Of a stretch of 64,000 bases of DNA, positions 12,301 to 24,620 are shown piece by piece (positions within the stretch are counted from its first letter, which is position 1; each line of letters opens with the position of its first letter). Under the pieces are notes generated by a model. That model made no database searches. It saw only the letters and a program-made list of their open reading frames with translations, and was not told where the DNA came from. The DNA lies in contig JANJGN010000014.1 in assembly GCA_026770705.1 (NCBI GenBank), positions 114,762,001 to 114,826,000 on the forward strand. The letters are read 5' to 3'. The stretch comes from Isurus oxyrinchus. Lineage: Eukaryota. The translations under genes and the position numbers were made by a program.

Positions 12301-13368
12301 CCTGGCCTGGTGTCATACCATCAGCTTTCCAGAGTAAAAAGCCAAGTCTATCTAAAAGCCAAAAAAACATTGCTGTAAGCGACAGAGACACACTATCACT
12401 GAAGAGATGCTGAGAAGAAAGCTATGACCCCAAACAGCACTACTGCATGATTTAAAAAAAAACCCTTTGCATCGTGACATAGCTGTGAGGTATTCAAGAA
12501 GTAAAAGGGCTCTATTTGCCAATCTTTCGGGCAAGTGTTAATTAATACTGCATTGCTGATGCTGAAAATTTCTGGACATTTATGTAATATTTACTCCAGC
12601 AAACCTTTATTCTTTAATTGTGCTTTTCATTCATGTACTTGAATCTGCATCTGCTTGCAGCTATAATCAGTTATGAATCAGTTTGTTGGAGGTGGATTTT
12701 GATAGTGCCTACTGTCTGCATGGGGGGAGGAAGAAAACATCCCTGCTTTCAGTGCATCAAATAGATGGCACCACAGAACATACTCTCAACACTAGTTTGA
12801 ATTGCAGCTGTTTATCTTTTAGCTTTCCTTAAGATTAATTAATTGCAATTGCAACACTGAGAATCAGGGGAATACCTGCCAGAATTCTTATTAATACCTT
12901 TGCTAAAGAATCCTTGCACACCACACTGATTAATTCACAATAAAAAAAAGGAGAGACTGAAGCAATCTTTGCCTGAAAACAATTCATGGATGGCTGCCCA
13001 ATTAGTCCGCTAGCACTCTGATCCTCCTTTCAGACCCTGTGGCCCTTTGAGGACATGACAGGACTCGAGCGATAACCTGGCAACCTAGGTATAAACACAG
13101 CCAAGTGTGAGCTTTTGAAGCTGCAGCTTGGCTGCCATCAAGTCCGCAAGAAGAAAGTATTTAGGCACCATGTCATACAGTACAAAGGATAAAAACAGAT
13201 TCGACCGGAAATTCAATGTGGCACCACATATGGGATACATGAATGTGGTTACACAACAGGCCACATATTTTTGAACAGATAGTCTCCTGCATGTGAAACA
13301 GGGACATGTGTAACCATCGTAACTTCGCTATGAATCTGTATTTAATTTGGGTTGGGTGGTGGCAGGGA

Positions 13369-13507
13369 NNNNNNNNNNNNNNNNNNNNNNNNNNNNNNNN
13401 NNNNNNNNNNNNNNNNNNNNNNNNNNNNNNNNNNNNNNNNNNNNNNNNNNNNNNNNNNNNNNNNNNNNNNNNNNNNNNNNNNNNNNNNNNNNNNNNNNNN
13501 NNNNNNN
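13369..13507. other. Assembly gap (139 N)
   Basis: Run of N. Confidence 1.
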
Positions 13508-14360
13508 TTCTGCCTAAGGCTGCAAGTTTGTGACTTAAACCCATCTGTCACAAATCTTCTCTAGCTTCTGCTGCGAGCAGAGACCTGAATTTGCCACGAA
13601 GAACTACCCAGGAAAAGCGAGCCAAGTCAACCTATATAAAAGAAAAGAAACTTTTTAAGAACAAAGGAATTCCTTTTATATCTCCATGTCTTTGAAGTAC
13701 CCAAAAGTATGCAAAAAAAATCTGCATTTTACATGTTACACTTTTTCATCTATGCTGCTCTTTTACACATAAACATAGCTTAACGACGATGAAAAGACTG
13801 AAACTTAAATGCACACAAATGTTCGGAACCCAGTGGCATGGTTGCAAAATGCTGACTTCAACCTATCATGGTCACAGGTTCACCTACTAACTCAACCAGC
13901 TGAGTTTAGCTGGTCTGGCTCTGTCGCGCTTACAGTAAAGCAGCGGGACTCCCATCCTTCATGCACAGATTCAATAGACACCACAGTTTTGACTGGCTTT
14001 GCCTGAGCTGTTAGATACAATAGCCTAATGGTAATACTGTGCTTCAACTTAGGAAAGGTGAAAAAGAAAAACAAAGGGTATTACTCTGCACGGCAAAATT
14101 AATTCCTGCCGCTGGAAGGGAAATGGTATTGACAGCAGCTATATAAAAGCCCTCACTCAAAACCAGTGTATTTCTTAAGCTCAAGCAGCAGGATTTTTTA
14201 GGATTAAAATATAAAGCAAATGTAAACAATTGTGTGGAAACACAAAACTGCATTGCTCTAGTTAAGGGGAGGAGCTCAGGTTATAACCTTTGCTCATATT
14301 CATCCCTGCTTCTTCAAGAAGGCAACTTGCTCATTGTGCCCATGTCATGCACAACATCAG

Positions 14361-15017
14361 GGGCAGAGTTTTACTTTCCCTGGGCAGGCGGGCATGCGCC
14401 AGACCCGATTGGGCATAAAATTGTGCAAGATGGCATCAGGTGCTTGCGCACTCGTGTGATATTTTACTGGGCGGGCATGCGCAAAAGTCGGAAGTGCGCC
14501 CGCCGGAAATTAAATGGGAAATTGAGCCTTTTAACAGCGCAATTGTCTGCGATTTTTTTGTGGCCCATCCAACCATATGGTTGGTGGACAGGCGAATCAG
14601 CCAGGCAGCCTTTACATTTTTCATCAAATCTCATCCAAGGGCAGAATTAACTCTCCGTCATGAAATAAGATAAAAATAAATATCTGCGGACAGCATTTTA
14701 ATGAGGTATGCTTGCAGGTGTTTGATTGTGATTTGTGGACATTTTTTTTCCACCTTTATTTGATGATTTGCAGGTCTGCAGCTCCCTGAGGCAGCTGTCT
14801 GCCTTCAGAGGGCTCTCTTGCAGCGCTGTGCCCGCTGTGATGTCATTGCCCATCCTCTTCCCAACCCCACCCCCGCAGCGCTGAGCTTTTCAGCGCGCGT
14901 TTCACACTGGCTGTCTGTTAATTGGCCAGCCAGTGTGAAATCGCGGTTGGCAGTCTGTTTCCAGGCTGCTACTGGGTCCGCTGATCACACATATCCGCCA
15001 AGGGTAAAACTCAGGCC
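14361..15017. mobile_element. Non-autonomous Harbinger-type element (657 bp)
   Basis: TIRs GGGCAGAGTTTTAC / GTAAAACTCAGGCC and TSD CAG (14358-14360, 15018-15020). Shares the internal ctccctgaggcag motif with 60431-61119. Confidence 0.85.
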
Positions 15018-15440
15018 CAGGTTCAGGCTTGGTGCCTTGCTGTTGTTAATGAGTGAAACAAAGCTAAAGATGATTTTTACTGTGGATTGTTTCTCAGTGA
15101 CAAGTCTGCAGTGGAACAGCACAGCAGTGGCAATGGAGATTTCGTTGCATTCTCACCTGGAATCAGGACAGCACAGAATGGGAGGTTGTGGGAGAGATTT
15201 TTTTTTTTAAATCGGCCATCTTTTCTCAGTAGTGGGTGAGATAATCTGACAATCCTTTTACTCATGCTAAGGTTGTGCTAAACATTAGGGGACAGAACAG
15301 AATGCAGCCGCTTCCAGAATTAAGAGCACTCTGTGAATGTGATCTGTGGCAGTTTGTTTGTTAAAAAAAATGCACATGATATTCTAACAATGATGGCAAG
15401 AATTGACTCTCCCTGCTGCCTTTAACAATTCTGTTCAAGT

Positions 15441-15521
15441 GTCAGCCTTGGTTCAGTTGGTAAGCTTTTTGCCTCTGAGTCAAAAGGTTGTGGGTTTTAA
15501 TCAATGAAAATCCCACTCAAG
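15441..15521 (+). mobile_element. SacSINE1/DeuSINE-like SINE, tRNA-like head (piece 1 of 3)
   Basis: gtcagccttggttcagttggt...gcctctgagtcaaaaggttgtgggtt...tcccactc is the A/B-box head as I recall it for SacSINE1. Confidence 0.75.
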
Positions 15522-16773
15522 GGGCAGATTCGTCCCAGATTTAAGTGCGGTAGTGGGCGTGAAAAACAATATTTTACCCGCCATTGGGCCAGTGGGTTTT
15601 CATTCCATATTGCCCGTTTCCGGCCTCATTAATTATGCAGCCACAAGATCACCCCATCATGCTGGCGGGCAGCCTCTGAATCGCCCGCCTCACCATTACC
15701 TCACTCTGGGTGCCATATCTAAACTGCAGCTGCACATTCTCGATGCTTGCAGCCCAGGACTGCTCCAGTGAAGACATGGCCATGAAAGCCAAGAAGGGTT
15801 CAGTGACCCATCACTGGAATGCCTATTGGAGGCCTGACGTGAAGTCCTCCACCTCCGCTTTGGCCCCAGGAGGTCCAGCAATCTCACCACTCCGGCTTGG
15901 GAGGCGGTGGCAGTGGTGGTCAGTGCTAATGCTGCACAGAAGAGGTTGGTAATCCATTATAGAAAGAGGATGAATGATCTCATCCGTGCCTCCAGGGTAG
16001 GCAACCATCTCATCACTCTAAACTCACACACTCCCAAGCCCATCACACATTCACTAGCATCTCACTCAATGCCAGTGCAAGGGACATCACCGTTCACTCT
16101 CTCACACACAACCTCACATCTCCATCTGGCCTCATCTCCTCTGGAGGACTGCCTCCTCAGCCCTCACCATCTTGAGGCCACTTGCACAGATCAACATGTG
16201 CCCCCACATACACTCTGGGATACTCCCCTTCCCCAGTACAGCCCCTGCCCTGCAGCCTCTTCCCTTGCCTGAGGCCACTTCTCCCTCTTCCCCAAGCAAG
16301 CCCTAGCCCTGCAGTCATTTAAAAGTCGTTCCTGCCTTATGGCTGGTCTGGTAGGCAGACACCTGCTTGTGAGCCCCCCTAAAAGCGATGTGGCGCTGCC
16401 TGCGAAGCCTGATGTTGATGACCACGAGTGCTGTCTGAAGCAAGGTAGGCAAATAATCTTCAAAGTTCCGAGCGAAATGCAGCTCTTCAGATGCACATCG
16501 TTTATGTTCAGTTGTGAAACATGCTGGCATTCAATCATGCCAAGATGCCTGGATGATCCAGTGTGGGGGTATGATTCCAGCGAAAAGCGCTGAAGTATTG
16601 AAATTAGGTTCCCGACATGCGGCAGCAAGAAACACAGTCCACCACTGATGGGTGGAATGGGCGATCGCAAACTGACTTCACGATGGCTTAAACCAATTTT
16701 TTGGCTTCTCGACATTGTGTCTGCTCATTCCCACCATGACGTTCTCTGCCAACGGGACCAGAAAATTCCGCTA
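15522..16773 (+). mobile_element. Internally deleted Harbinger element with Myb/SANT exon 1 remnant
   Basis: Left TIR GGGCAGATTCGTCC and right TIR GAAAATTCCGCTA, with CAAG on both flanks. Encodes AWEAVAVVVSANAAQKRLVIHYRKRMNDLIRASR|gtaggc. Region 16600-16773 is homologous to the reverse complement of 43537-43710. Confidence 0.85.
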
Positions 16774-16965
16774 CAAGACTTGAACACAAAAATCAAGGCT
16801 GACGCTCCTGTGCAGTACTGAGGGAGTATCGCACTGTTGGAAGTGTCATCTTGTAGAGACATCAAACTAAGGCCCATCCAACTTATTAGCTGGACATTAA
16901 AGACTCGATGACACAATTTCAAATAAGAACAGTGAAGTTACACCAGTCCATTCCTCAGTCATTCC
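16774..16965 (+). mobile_element. SacSINE1-like SINE, central Deu domain (piece 2 of 3)
   Basis: gacttgaacacaaaaatcaaggctgacgctcctgtgcagtactgagggagt continues directly from the head at 15521 and is homologous to 21828-21990. Confidence 0.8.
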
Positions 16966-17562
16966 CAAAATCCCATGCCATCTTTCCATGCAATCCTGCC
17001 TTTTTACCTCCTCCCTTCTCACCATCCAGGGCCCCAAAACACTCCTTCTAAGTGAAGCCAAAATTTACATTTACTATATTTTTAAAATTTTGGTACATTG
17101 TATTTGTCTGATCATGATGTGGTCTCCTCTACATTGGGGAATCCAAACGCAGACTGTCTGGCCATTTTGCGGAAGACCTCCTTTCAGTCGGCAAGCATGA
17201 CCCTGAGCTTCCGGTCGCCTGTCATTTTAATTCTCCATCTTAGTCCCACTTTGACCTTTCTGTCTTCAGTCAGTTGAAGTGTTCCAATGAAGCATAAAGT
17301 TAACTCAAGAAACAGCACCTCATCTTTTGACTGGACACTTTACAGCCTACTGGACTCAACACTGAATTCAACAATTTTAGGTTGTAATCTCTGCACCATT
17401 TTGTTTCCTTTTTCTTTGCTGGTTTGGTTTCTCTCTGTTGTTTCCCTTTGTTAACCATTTGCTTTACTTTTGAATGGTAGCTATTTCATGATCCTGTCAT
17501 TCACATCTCCTCTAGGCACATATTTTGTTTCTTCACTTGTCCGATTAAAACTCTCTTTGGTT
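16965..17562 (+). mobile_element. Penelope-like element: GIY-YIG endonuclease remnant and start of 3' region
   Basis: Frameshifted CLFTSSLLTIQGPK...LVHCICL..CGLLYIGESKRRLSGHFAEDLLSVGKHDPELPVACHFNS...KKQHLIF.LDTLQPTGLNTEF. Confidence 0.85.
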
Positions 17563-20030
17563 TACATACGAACATGCATACAAACATGCAAATAAGGAGC
17601 AGGAGTAGACCACGGCCCCTCGAGCCTGATCATGGCTGATCTAATTTTAACCTCAACTCCACATTCCTGACTAGCCTTTATAAGCTTTCATTCCCTTGCT
17701 TATTAAGAATCTATCTATCTCTACCTTAAAAATATTCCATGAGTCTGCTTCCACCGCCTTTTGAGGAAGAGAGTTCCAAATACTCATTACCCTCAGAGAA
17801 AAAATTCTGCTCATCTCGGTCTTAAATGGGCAACCCCTTATTTTTAAACAGTGACCCCTAGTTCTAGATTCTCCCACAAGAGGAAACATTCTCTTTACAT
17901 GTCAAGACCTCTCAGGATCTAATATGGTTCAATCAAGTCGCCTCTTACTCTTCTAAACACCAGTGGATACAAGCCTAGCCTGTCCAACCTTTCCTCATAA
18001 GACAACCTGTCCATTCCATGTATTATCTAGTAAACCTTCCCCGAACTGCTTCCAGTGCAGTTACATCCTTCCTTAAATAAGCACACCAATACTGTACACT
18101 GTACACCAGATGTGGTCTCACCAATGCCCTATATAATTGAAGCATAACCTCCCTACTTTTGTATACAATTCCCTTCACAATAAACAATAACGTTCTATTA
18201 ACTTTAATAATTACTTACTGTACTTGCACACTAACTTTTGCAATTCATGCACTAAAACACCTAGATCCTTCTGCATCTCAGAGGTCTGTAATCTCTCACC
18301 ATTTAGATAATATGCTTCTTTTTGATTTTTCCTGGAAAAATGGACAATATCACATTTGACAGATCTTTGCCCACTCACTAAACCTACCTATATCCCTTCG
18401 TAGCCTCCTTATGCCCTCTTCACAATTTACTTTCCTACCTATCTTTGAGTCATCAGCAATTTAGCAACCAAACCTTCAGTCCCTTCATCCAAGTCATTTA
18501 TATAAATTGTAAAAAGTTGAGACCCCAGCACTGATCCCTGTAGCACACCACTCATCACATCCCGCCAATCAGAAACAGACCCTTTTATGCCCACTACAAG
18601 AACAGAAAATGCTGGAAAAATTCAGTAGGTCTGACAGCATCTGTGGGGCGAGAAGTAGATAATGTTTCAAGCCCATATGACCCTTCTTTAGAGGTCATAC
18701 GGACTCGAAACATTAACTCTGTTTCTCTCTCCACAGATGCTGTCAGACCTGAGTTTTTCCAGCATTTTCTGTTTTTGTTTCAGATTTCCAGCATCCGCAG
18801 TATTTTGCTTTTATCTTTTATGCCTACCCTCTGTTTCCTGTTAGTTTGACAATCTTCTATCCATGCCAAGATGTTACCCCCAACAACATGAGTTTTTATT
18901 TTTCCTTTGACGTGGCACTTTATCAAATGCCTTCTAGAAATCTAAGTACAGTACATCCAATGGTTCCCCTTTACCCACAGCATACATTACTTCTTCAAAG
19001 AGCTCCAATAAATTGGTTAAACATGATTTCTCTTTCACAAAACCATGTTGAGTTTGCTTGATTACCTTGAATTTTTTCAGGAGTCCTGCCATAATGTCTT
19101 TAATAATAGTATCTAGCATTTTCCCTATGAAAGATGTTAAGCTAACTGGCTTGTAGTTTCCTATTTTCAGTCTCTCCCTCCCTTTTTGAATAAAGGAGTT
19201 ACATGCGTTACTTTCCTTCCCTGAATCTTGGGAATTTTGGGAAATTAAAATTAACGCATCAACTATCTCCCTAGCCACTTCATTAAAGGCCCTAAAAGGA
19301 CCTTAGGTCCATCAGGACTCGGTAACTTGTCAGCCCGCAGCTCAGTACCACTTCCCTGGCGATTGTAATTTTCCTGAATTCCTCCCTCCCTTCCATTTCC
19401 AGATTTACAGCTATTTTTAGGATGTTACTTATATCCTCTATAGTGAAGACTAATGCAAAATACCTGTTCAATTCATCTGCCATCTCCTCATTTTCCATCA
19501 TTATTTCCCCAGACTCACTTTCTATAGGACAAACATTCACTTTAACTCTTTTCTTTTCAAATAGCTGTAGAAACTCTTACTGTGCCTTCATATTTCTTGC
19601 TAGCTTTCACTTGTGCTTTATTTTTTCCTTCCTTATCAATCTTTTAGCAATTCTTTGCTGTTCTGTCCAATCTTCTGACCTGCCACCCATCTTTGCGCAA
19701 TTATATGATTTTTCTTTAAGTTTGATACTATCTTTAGCTTTTTTATTTAACCACAAATGGTGGGTCATCCCTAGGAATTATCTTTCTTGTTGGAATATAT
19801 CTATTCCGTGTATCCTGAAAAATCCCCTTAAATGTCTTCCACCGCATCTCTATTGGCCTATCCTTTAACTTACTTTGCCAGTTCAATTTAGCTAGCTTTG
19901 TTTTCATGCCCTTATAATTGCCCTTATTTAAGACCCTCTCTTCTCTCCCGTAACCTGAATGTAAAACTCAATCATTTTATGATCGTCGCTATCTAAAGGT
20001 GCCTATGAGGTCATCAATTAATCCAATCTT
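17563..20030 (-). mobile_element. CR1 (HER1-like) LINE inserted in the Penelope element
   Basis: ORFs 17671-17889, 18934-19278 (GNYKPVSLTS...QHGFVKEKSCLTNLLELFE...YLDF) and 19292-19540. Confidence 0.9.
18597..18814. mobile_element. Palindromic Penelope-terminus insertion inside CR1
   Basis: Inverted arms centred at about 18690; imperfect TSD cttttatgcc(c/t)ac (from 18582 and from 18815); hammerhead-like remnants ggtcatacggactcGAAAcattaact. Confidence 0.85.
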
Positions 20031-20981
20031 GGCTTTTGCACCATGACCCATTTTGTCATTTAATCTCTCGTACCCTCCACCCTATCACAGACCTTCCCTT
20101 TTGTTCTTTTTCCCACCGTCCCTTCCCCGCTTAACACTTCTCAAAACCTAACACATTTCTAACTTTTCCCAGCTCTGATGAAAGGTCACAAAGGTGAAAT
20201 ACTGGCTGCAGGTTCACACCTGCCCCCCACCCCGGAAGCAGGCTGGCAGGTGGGGGTTGTCTAAAATTGGGTGCCATGGCAAGGGGGCACCATGCTCCTA
20301 TGCTCATTATTTGCAAGCCTTCACTGATATCTTACCAGTGGCGAGATTGACTCTGGTGGCCCGCCTGCTCATGGGCCATCTGAGGCCTTTAAATGACCAC
20401 CTCTTATTACCACTGGTGTTTTAGCAGAGGTTGGGGTGTGGGGTGGTGGGGAGACCACACAACATGGTAAGGTCCTCTTGTGGGTTTGGTGGGGGGAGTG
20501 GTTCCCTCCTGGTCAGGGACGCTATGCTCCACAGAGACACCCCATCCAATAATGTTGGTGCTCTGTCTTGTTACCCACGCCAACCGGGGGCCTGCCTTTT
20601 TGGCCCAGACTTACCTTGGTATCCTGCCTCCTCCATGACTCCGAGTTGGGAGTTTAGCTGCAGTCCCAGCAGTGGCCACTGCTCCCGGTGGCACTGCTGG
20701 GACTAGAGAACCGTCAGCCAGCTGCTCTTGGAGGCAGGACATTTTGCCGGTGGAAGGGTGGGGGGGGGGGGGGGGGGGGAGGGGGTGAATGACGGATTGA
20801 AGCCATGACCTCAGGCAATTAATAGCATGCCAACCATAAAATTTGGGCGTGGTTTCCCAACCCTGCGGAGGAGTGCTCTGCCATGACTTTTGAGCCAGGG
20901 CGGAGCTGCCGCCTTAGCAAAAAATTCCAGACAGCAACGCTGTTTCACTCACCACAGATGCTGCCAGACCTGCTGAGTATT
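20031..20981 (+). mobile_element. Penelope-like element 3' end/pLTR with hammerhead motif, split by a MITE
   Basis: agctCTGATGAaaggtcacaaaggtGAAA (20171-20199). After the MITE it resumes ctgtttcactcaccacagatgctgccagacctgctgagtatt. Confidence 0.75.
20203..20933. mobile_element. Old Harbinger-type non-autonomous element containing a ~20-G run (20760-20779)
   Basis: GC-rich block interrupting the Penelope terminus, with degenerate TIR-like ends (tggctgcaggtt / aaaattccagaca). Confidence 0.6.
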
Positions 20982-21165
20982 CACAAACAGATTATCTGGT
21001 CGTTGTCACATTGTTGTTTTTGGGAGCTGGCTTTGTGCAAATTGACTTTTGCATTTCTTACATTAAAACATGGACTACACTTCAAGAACACTTCATTGGC
21101 TGTAAAATGCTATAGGATATCTGATGATCATGAAAGGCACTATAGAAATGCAAGTCTTTTATTAT
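20982..21165 (+). mobile_element. SacSINE1-like SINE 3' part (piece 3 of 3)
   Basis: aaacagattatctggtc...gactacacttcaag...ttcattggctgtaaaatgc...gaaaggcactatagaaatgcaagtctttt. Confidence 0.85.
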
Positions 21166-21229
21166 ATTTCATGGTCATTGCATTTCTGCCTAAGTCTACC
21201 TCCGTGATACTACTATCCCTTCATTTTAC

Positions 21230-21825
21230 TCATACATTGCAGGCACTCCATTACGTCATACTCTGCAAGCTCCATCAGTTATCCATTCCCCAGGCAAATG
21301 ACTTTAAGATTCTTGTCTTTGCTTTAAATCCTGCCATGGCCTCACTTACCTCACCAAAACGATCTTTTCCTACTTGGCATGTTCATGTGTACCCTCTGCA
21401 TCTGCACCACTGCACTGCTCCTTCTTTCCTGTCCCTTGTATAGCAACAACTTGCATTTATATGGTGTCTTTAAGGTAGGGGTTGAAGGAAATGGAGGCAC
21501 ACATGAGGCTTGGATGATAATGAACAAAGAATATTTTGGGTAGGGGTAGGAACCATGGTGGAGGATTGTAGGAGTGGAGGATCCTATATATTACAACAGC
21601 TTGTATTTCTATAATACTGTTCATTTGCAAAACACAACAAATAGAATGCTGAGCAGGAGGAGAAAAGGGTAAAATAGAGATGGTAAAAAGGGTGAATGCA
21701 AAGGCACAGGTGAAGAGGGTCGTTTGAGGAGTTTTTAAGTTAGGAGATAGGTGGCAAAGTGAAGGAAACTGGGAGTTCCAGAAGTGGAGTAGGTAAGATC
21801 TAGAATACCATTTGTGTTTAAAAAA
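21230..21825. mobile_element. Highly decayed L2-like fragments (+ strand then - strand)
   Basis: tttaagattcttgtctttgctttaaatcctgccatggcctc on +, and an L2-type terminus aacttgcatttatatggtgtcttt on -. Confidence 0.4.
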
Positions 21826-21827
21826 AT

Positions 21828-22170
21828 ACTGACAGTCCAGTGCAGTACTGATGGATTTCTGCACTGTTGGAGGTGCTGTCTATCAGATGAGACATTAAAT
21901 TGAGACTCCATCTGCCTGTTTGAGTGGATGTAAAAGATCCTACAGTATTATTTCAAAGAAGAGTAGGGGAGTTATCCCCAGACACCTGACCAACATTTAT
22001 TCTTCAATCAATATCAACAAAATAAAACTACCTGGTCAGTTTGTGGCAGTTTGCTGTGTGCATTACAACAGTGACTACACATCAAAAGTACTTCTTTGGC
22101 TATAAAAATGCTTTGAAATGTCTAGTGGCCCAGAAAAATGCTATATAAATGCAAGTATTTCATTTTTTCT
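21828..22170 (+). mobile_element. SacSINE1-like SINE (5'-truncated)
   Basis: Deu domain ccagtgcagtactga...gcactgttggaggtgctgtc..cagatgagacattaaa and tail gctatataaatgcaagt. Confidence 0.85.
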
Positions 22171-23099
22171 TTTTATATACTTCTTCAAAGGCCTTTATCA
22201 GCTGTTAGCATTTTCATCATGACAGTAATCTCAGGACAACAACATTCTAAAATTTAGAAGCCCATTTGGCTACATGTTCACCCATATGGAAGACATGGGG
22301 TTCAGAGCAAAAGTTGAAGCATAATTCTGCTATCGCAGTAATTAAACTTAAGCTGAACTAGTTCATGTGTTTACCATGTGGAGTTCATTACTGTGCTCAG
22401 AAGTATTGCCAAGGAGAGCAGCATGACTCAATAGTCTCTGGATATAAAAAGGTTACATGAGCTACCAAATTTGATAAGTAGATAGTCCAAATCGCTACCA
22501 ATGGAGAATTTGTTTTGATTAATTTTGTAACATTTCACATGCCTTTTACCTTGTAAGTGCGGATGAACAAAATTTATCTTAAATCACTGCTGCAAGAGAT
22601 CAGAAAAATCAATTGAACAATGCTGTCAATTCAGAAATTCACTCCTTTCAATAGACAGGATTGTGCAGAAGATTAGCACACTGCTCTTTTCAAATGTGCC
22701 CACTCACAGCCTCCGTCCCTGACCCCACTGATGTTTCTGGGGTCAGAGGGAGGAGTCATGAGTAGCAGGCCTTTGGATCTAAATCTAGCCCAAATGAGAG
22801 GGTGAAAAGTTTGCATTTTCTCCTGGATGTAGGCCTTAAACTCAACACAGTTCCTAGTTGACAGACTTGAGCACAAAACGTGACACAATCTGGCCATAAT
22901 TGACACTTAGTTGGTTTTGAGACAGGGTGACAAAAAAATAGGACAAGTGTCCCATGGTCAATATTTACATTTGTTATTTAGACTGAAATCTGCTTTCTCA
23001 AAAAAAAACTCCATTTCAGGCACTGCACACCTTACTTCCAGTCACATTCATCTCATATCATCACACTGAGAACTCAGAGAGCAAATCCTAACTTGTATG

Positions 23100-23790
23100 A
23101 TTTAATAACTGACCATCAGCATCCTTCCATCTACAAAAGATGATGGACGTGCAGCAAGCAATCCATTTCAGATGGGGTGTCTTATGATGGCTGAAGGGGG
23201 CCAATCCTCGAGAGGCAGGTTCTGCCTCAAGTGCTGCACATGAAGCTTCCAAGTGTCCTTGTGGGTTGTTTTCCATGTTGGCGCCTATTGTCAAGCTACT
23301 GGTCATCCTGCTGGCACATGCCAGCCCCCACAGGAGGTGTTGCCATTTTCCTCTGTCATCAGCGAGTGACTCCCTGGTGCAAGAAGTGACATTTGGGGCC
23401 TTCATGTCGCACTTGCAAACATCCCTGAAGCAGAGCTTTGGGTGTCCCAATGGTCGACTGGCTCTGGCTACCTCTCCATCCTTTGGTATGCGACTGTCTT
23501 CCATCCTGCGGATGTGCCCAAGCTAACGAGGCCACCTCTGTTTGATGAGTATTAACGCACGAGGGAGCTCTGCCTTCGAAGCGACTGCTGCATTTGTGAT
23601 TTTATCCTGCCAGGACATACCGATAATGTGCCACAGACATGAGGATGGAAAATTCTTGATATCTGCGAGTCGTCCATGTTTCACAGTCATGAAACAAGGT
23701 GCTGAGAACACAGTCCTTATTAACCATCAGCTTGGTCCTAGGAGTCAGCTTGATGTTATTTCATGATCATGTCGCGAGTGCGACAAAAGC
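23100..23790 (-). mobile_element. RTE-clade LINE 3' fragment
   Basis: ORFs 23523-23711 (CLWHIIGMSWQDKITNAAV) and 23088-23504 (MEDSRIPKD..GE...RPLGHPKLCFRDVCKCDMK...ADDRGKW) are typical RTE C-terminal sequence. Confidence 0.85.
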
Positions 23791-23809
23791 TACAGTGGAC
23801 TGGTGAGGA

Positions 23810-24306
23810 AATGCAGGGGGACACCTGAATCTAAGTCCGGGCACCAGACGCTCAGACTGGAGAGGGTAGGGAAAGCCTAGGGAGGTCACCTAGACCCCTG
23901 GATCAGGGGAGAGGCCAGTTGGAGGGAGGTCTGGAGGCCACCAGGCCTTAAGGGGAGGGGGGGGGTGCCTGACTTCAAAAGGGAGCTTGCGATGGAGGCA
24001 TACCCGCCCTCCCCGTCACTTCTCGCTCAGAATCTAACTCCATTGATTTTTTTTGGCTTCCCCCAAGCAACTTCAATCCTCCTGCCAGCCTAAAAATGGA
24101 AGCTGGATGGGAAACAGCCGAATTAACCGAATTAAGGGCCTCAATTGGGACAAGGGCGAGCTTCCCATCTGAAGTCTTGCCCGCCCCAGCATAAAAACGC
24201 TGTGTGATCAGGGCGGGAAGGAGTCTGGGGAGAATCCCGTCCCTTCAATTTCATGCTCTCCGCTCCGCCTAAGGATGCATTGGTGGGGAAGCGTAAAATC
24301 CTGGCC
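23810..24306. mobile_element. One-ended Harbinger-type non-autonomous element
   Basis: Right TIR GTAAAATCCTGGCC (24293-24306) is identical to the TIR of the 5656 MITE; the left end was not found. Confidence 0.65.
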
Positions 24307-24399
24307 AATATATCCTAAAATCAACAAGGGGGCAAGCCATATTAGATTTAGCAATGAATAATGAGTTAACGGCCTAACGGCGAATAACATTTATCCAAT

Positions 24400-24620
24400 A
24401 GCAAAATATGATCAAGTTCAATGTAGTGCTTGAAAGGAAAAAAATCAAATCAGCTACTATGATTCTAGATTTAGGCAGGGCTGACTTCAGTGCAATGAAA
24501 TAGAGACAGTTTACAGATTGGACAATATGTTAATGGATAAAAAACACAAAAGATCAATGGGAGGTGACCAAAAAATAATGTAACGCTTGACAGAATCAGT
24601 TTCTATCCCTAAGAGCCCTA
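24400..24620 (+). mobile_element. Decayed CR1 internal fragment
   Basis: aatatgatcaagttcaat...attctagatttaggcagggctgacttc resembles the post-endonuclease CR1 segment at 45745-45900. Confidence 0.45.

Noticed and set aside
13173-13564. ORFs spanning poly-X
   Set aside because: Artefacts of the N gap.
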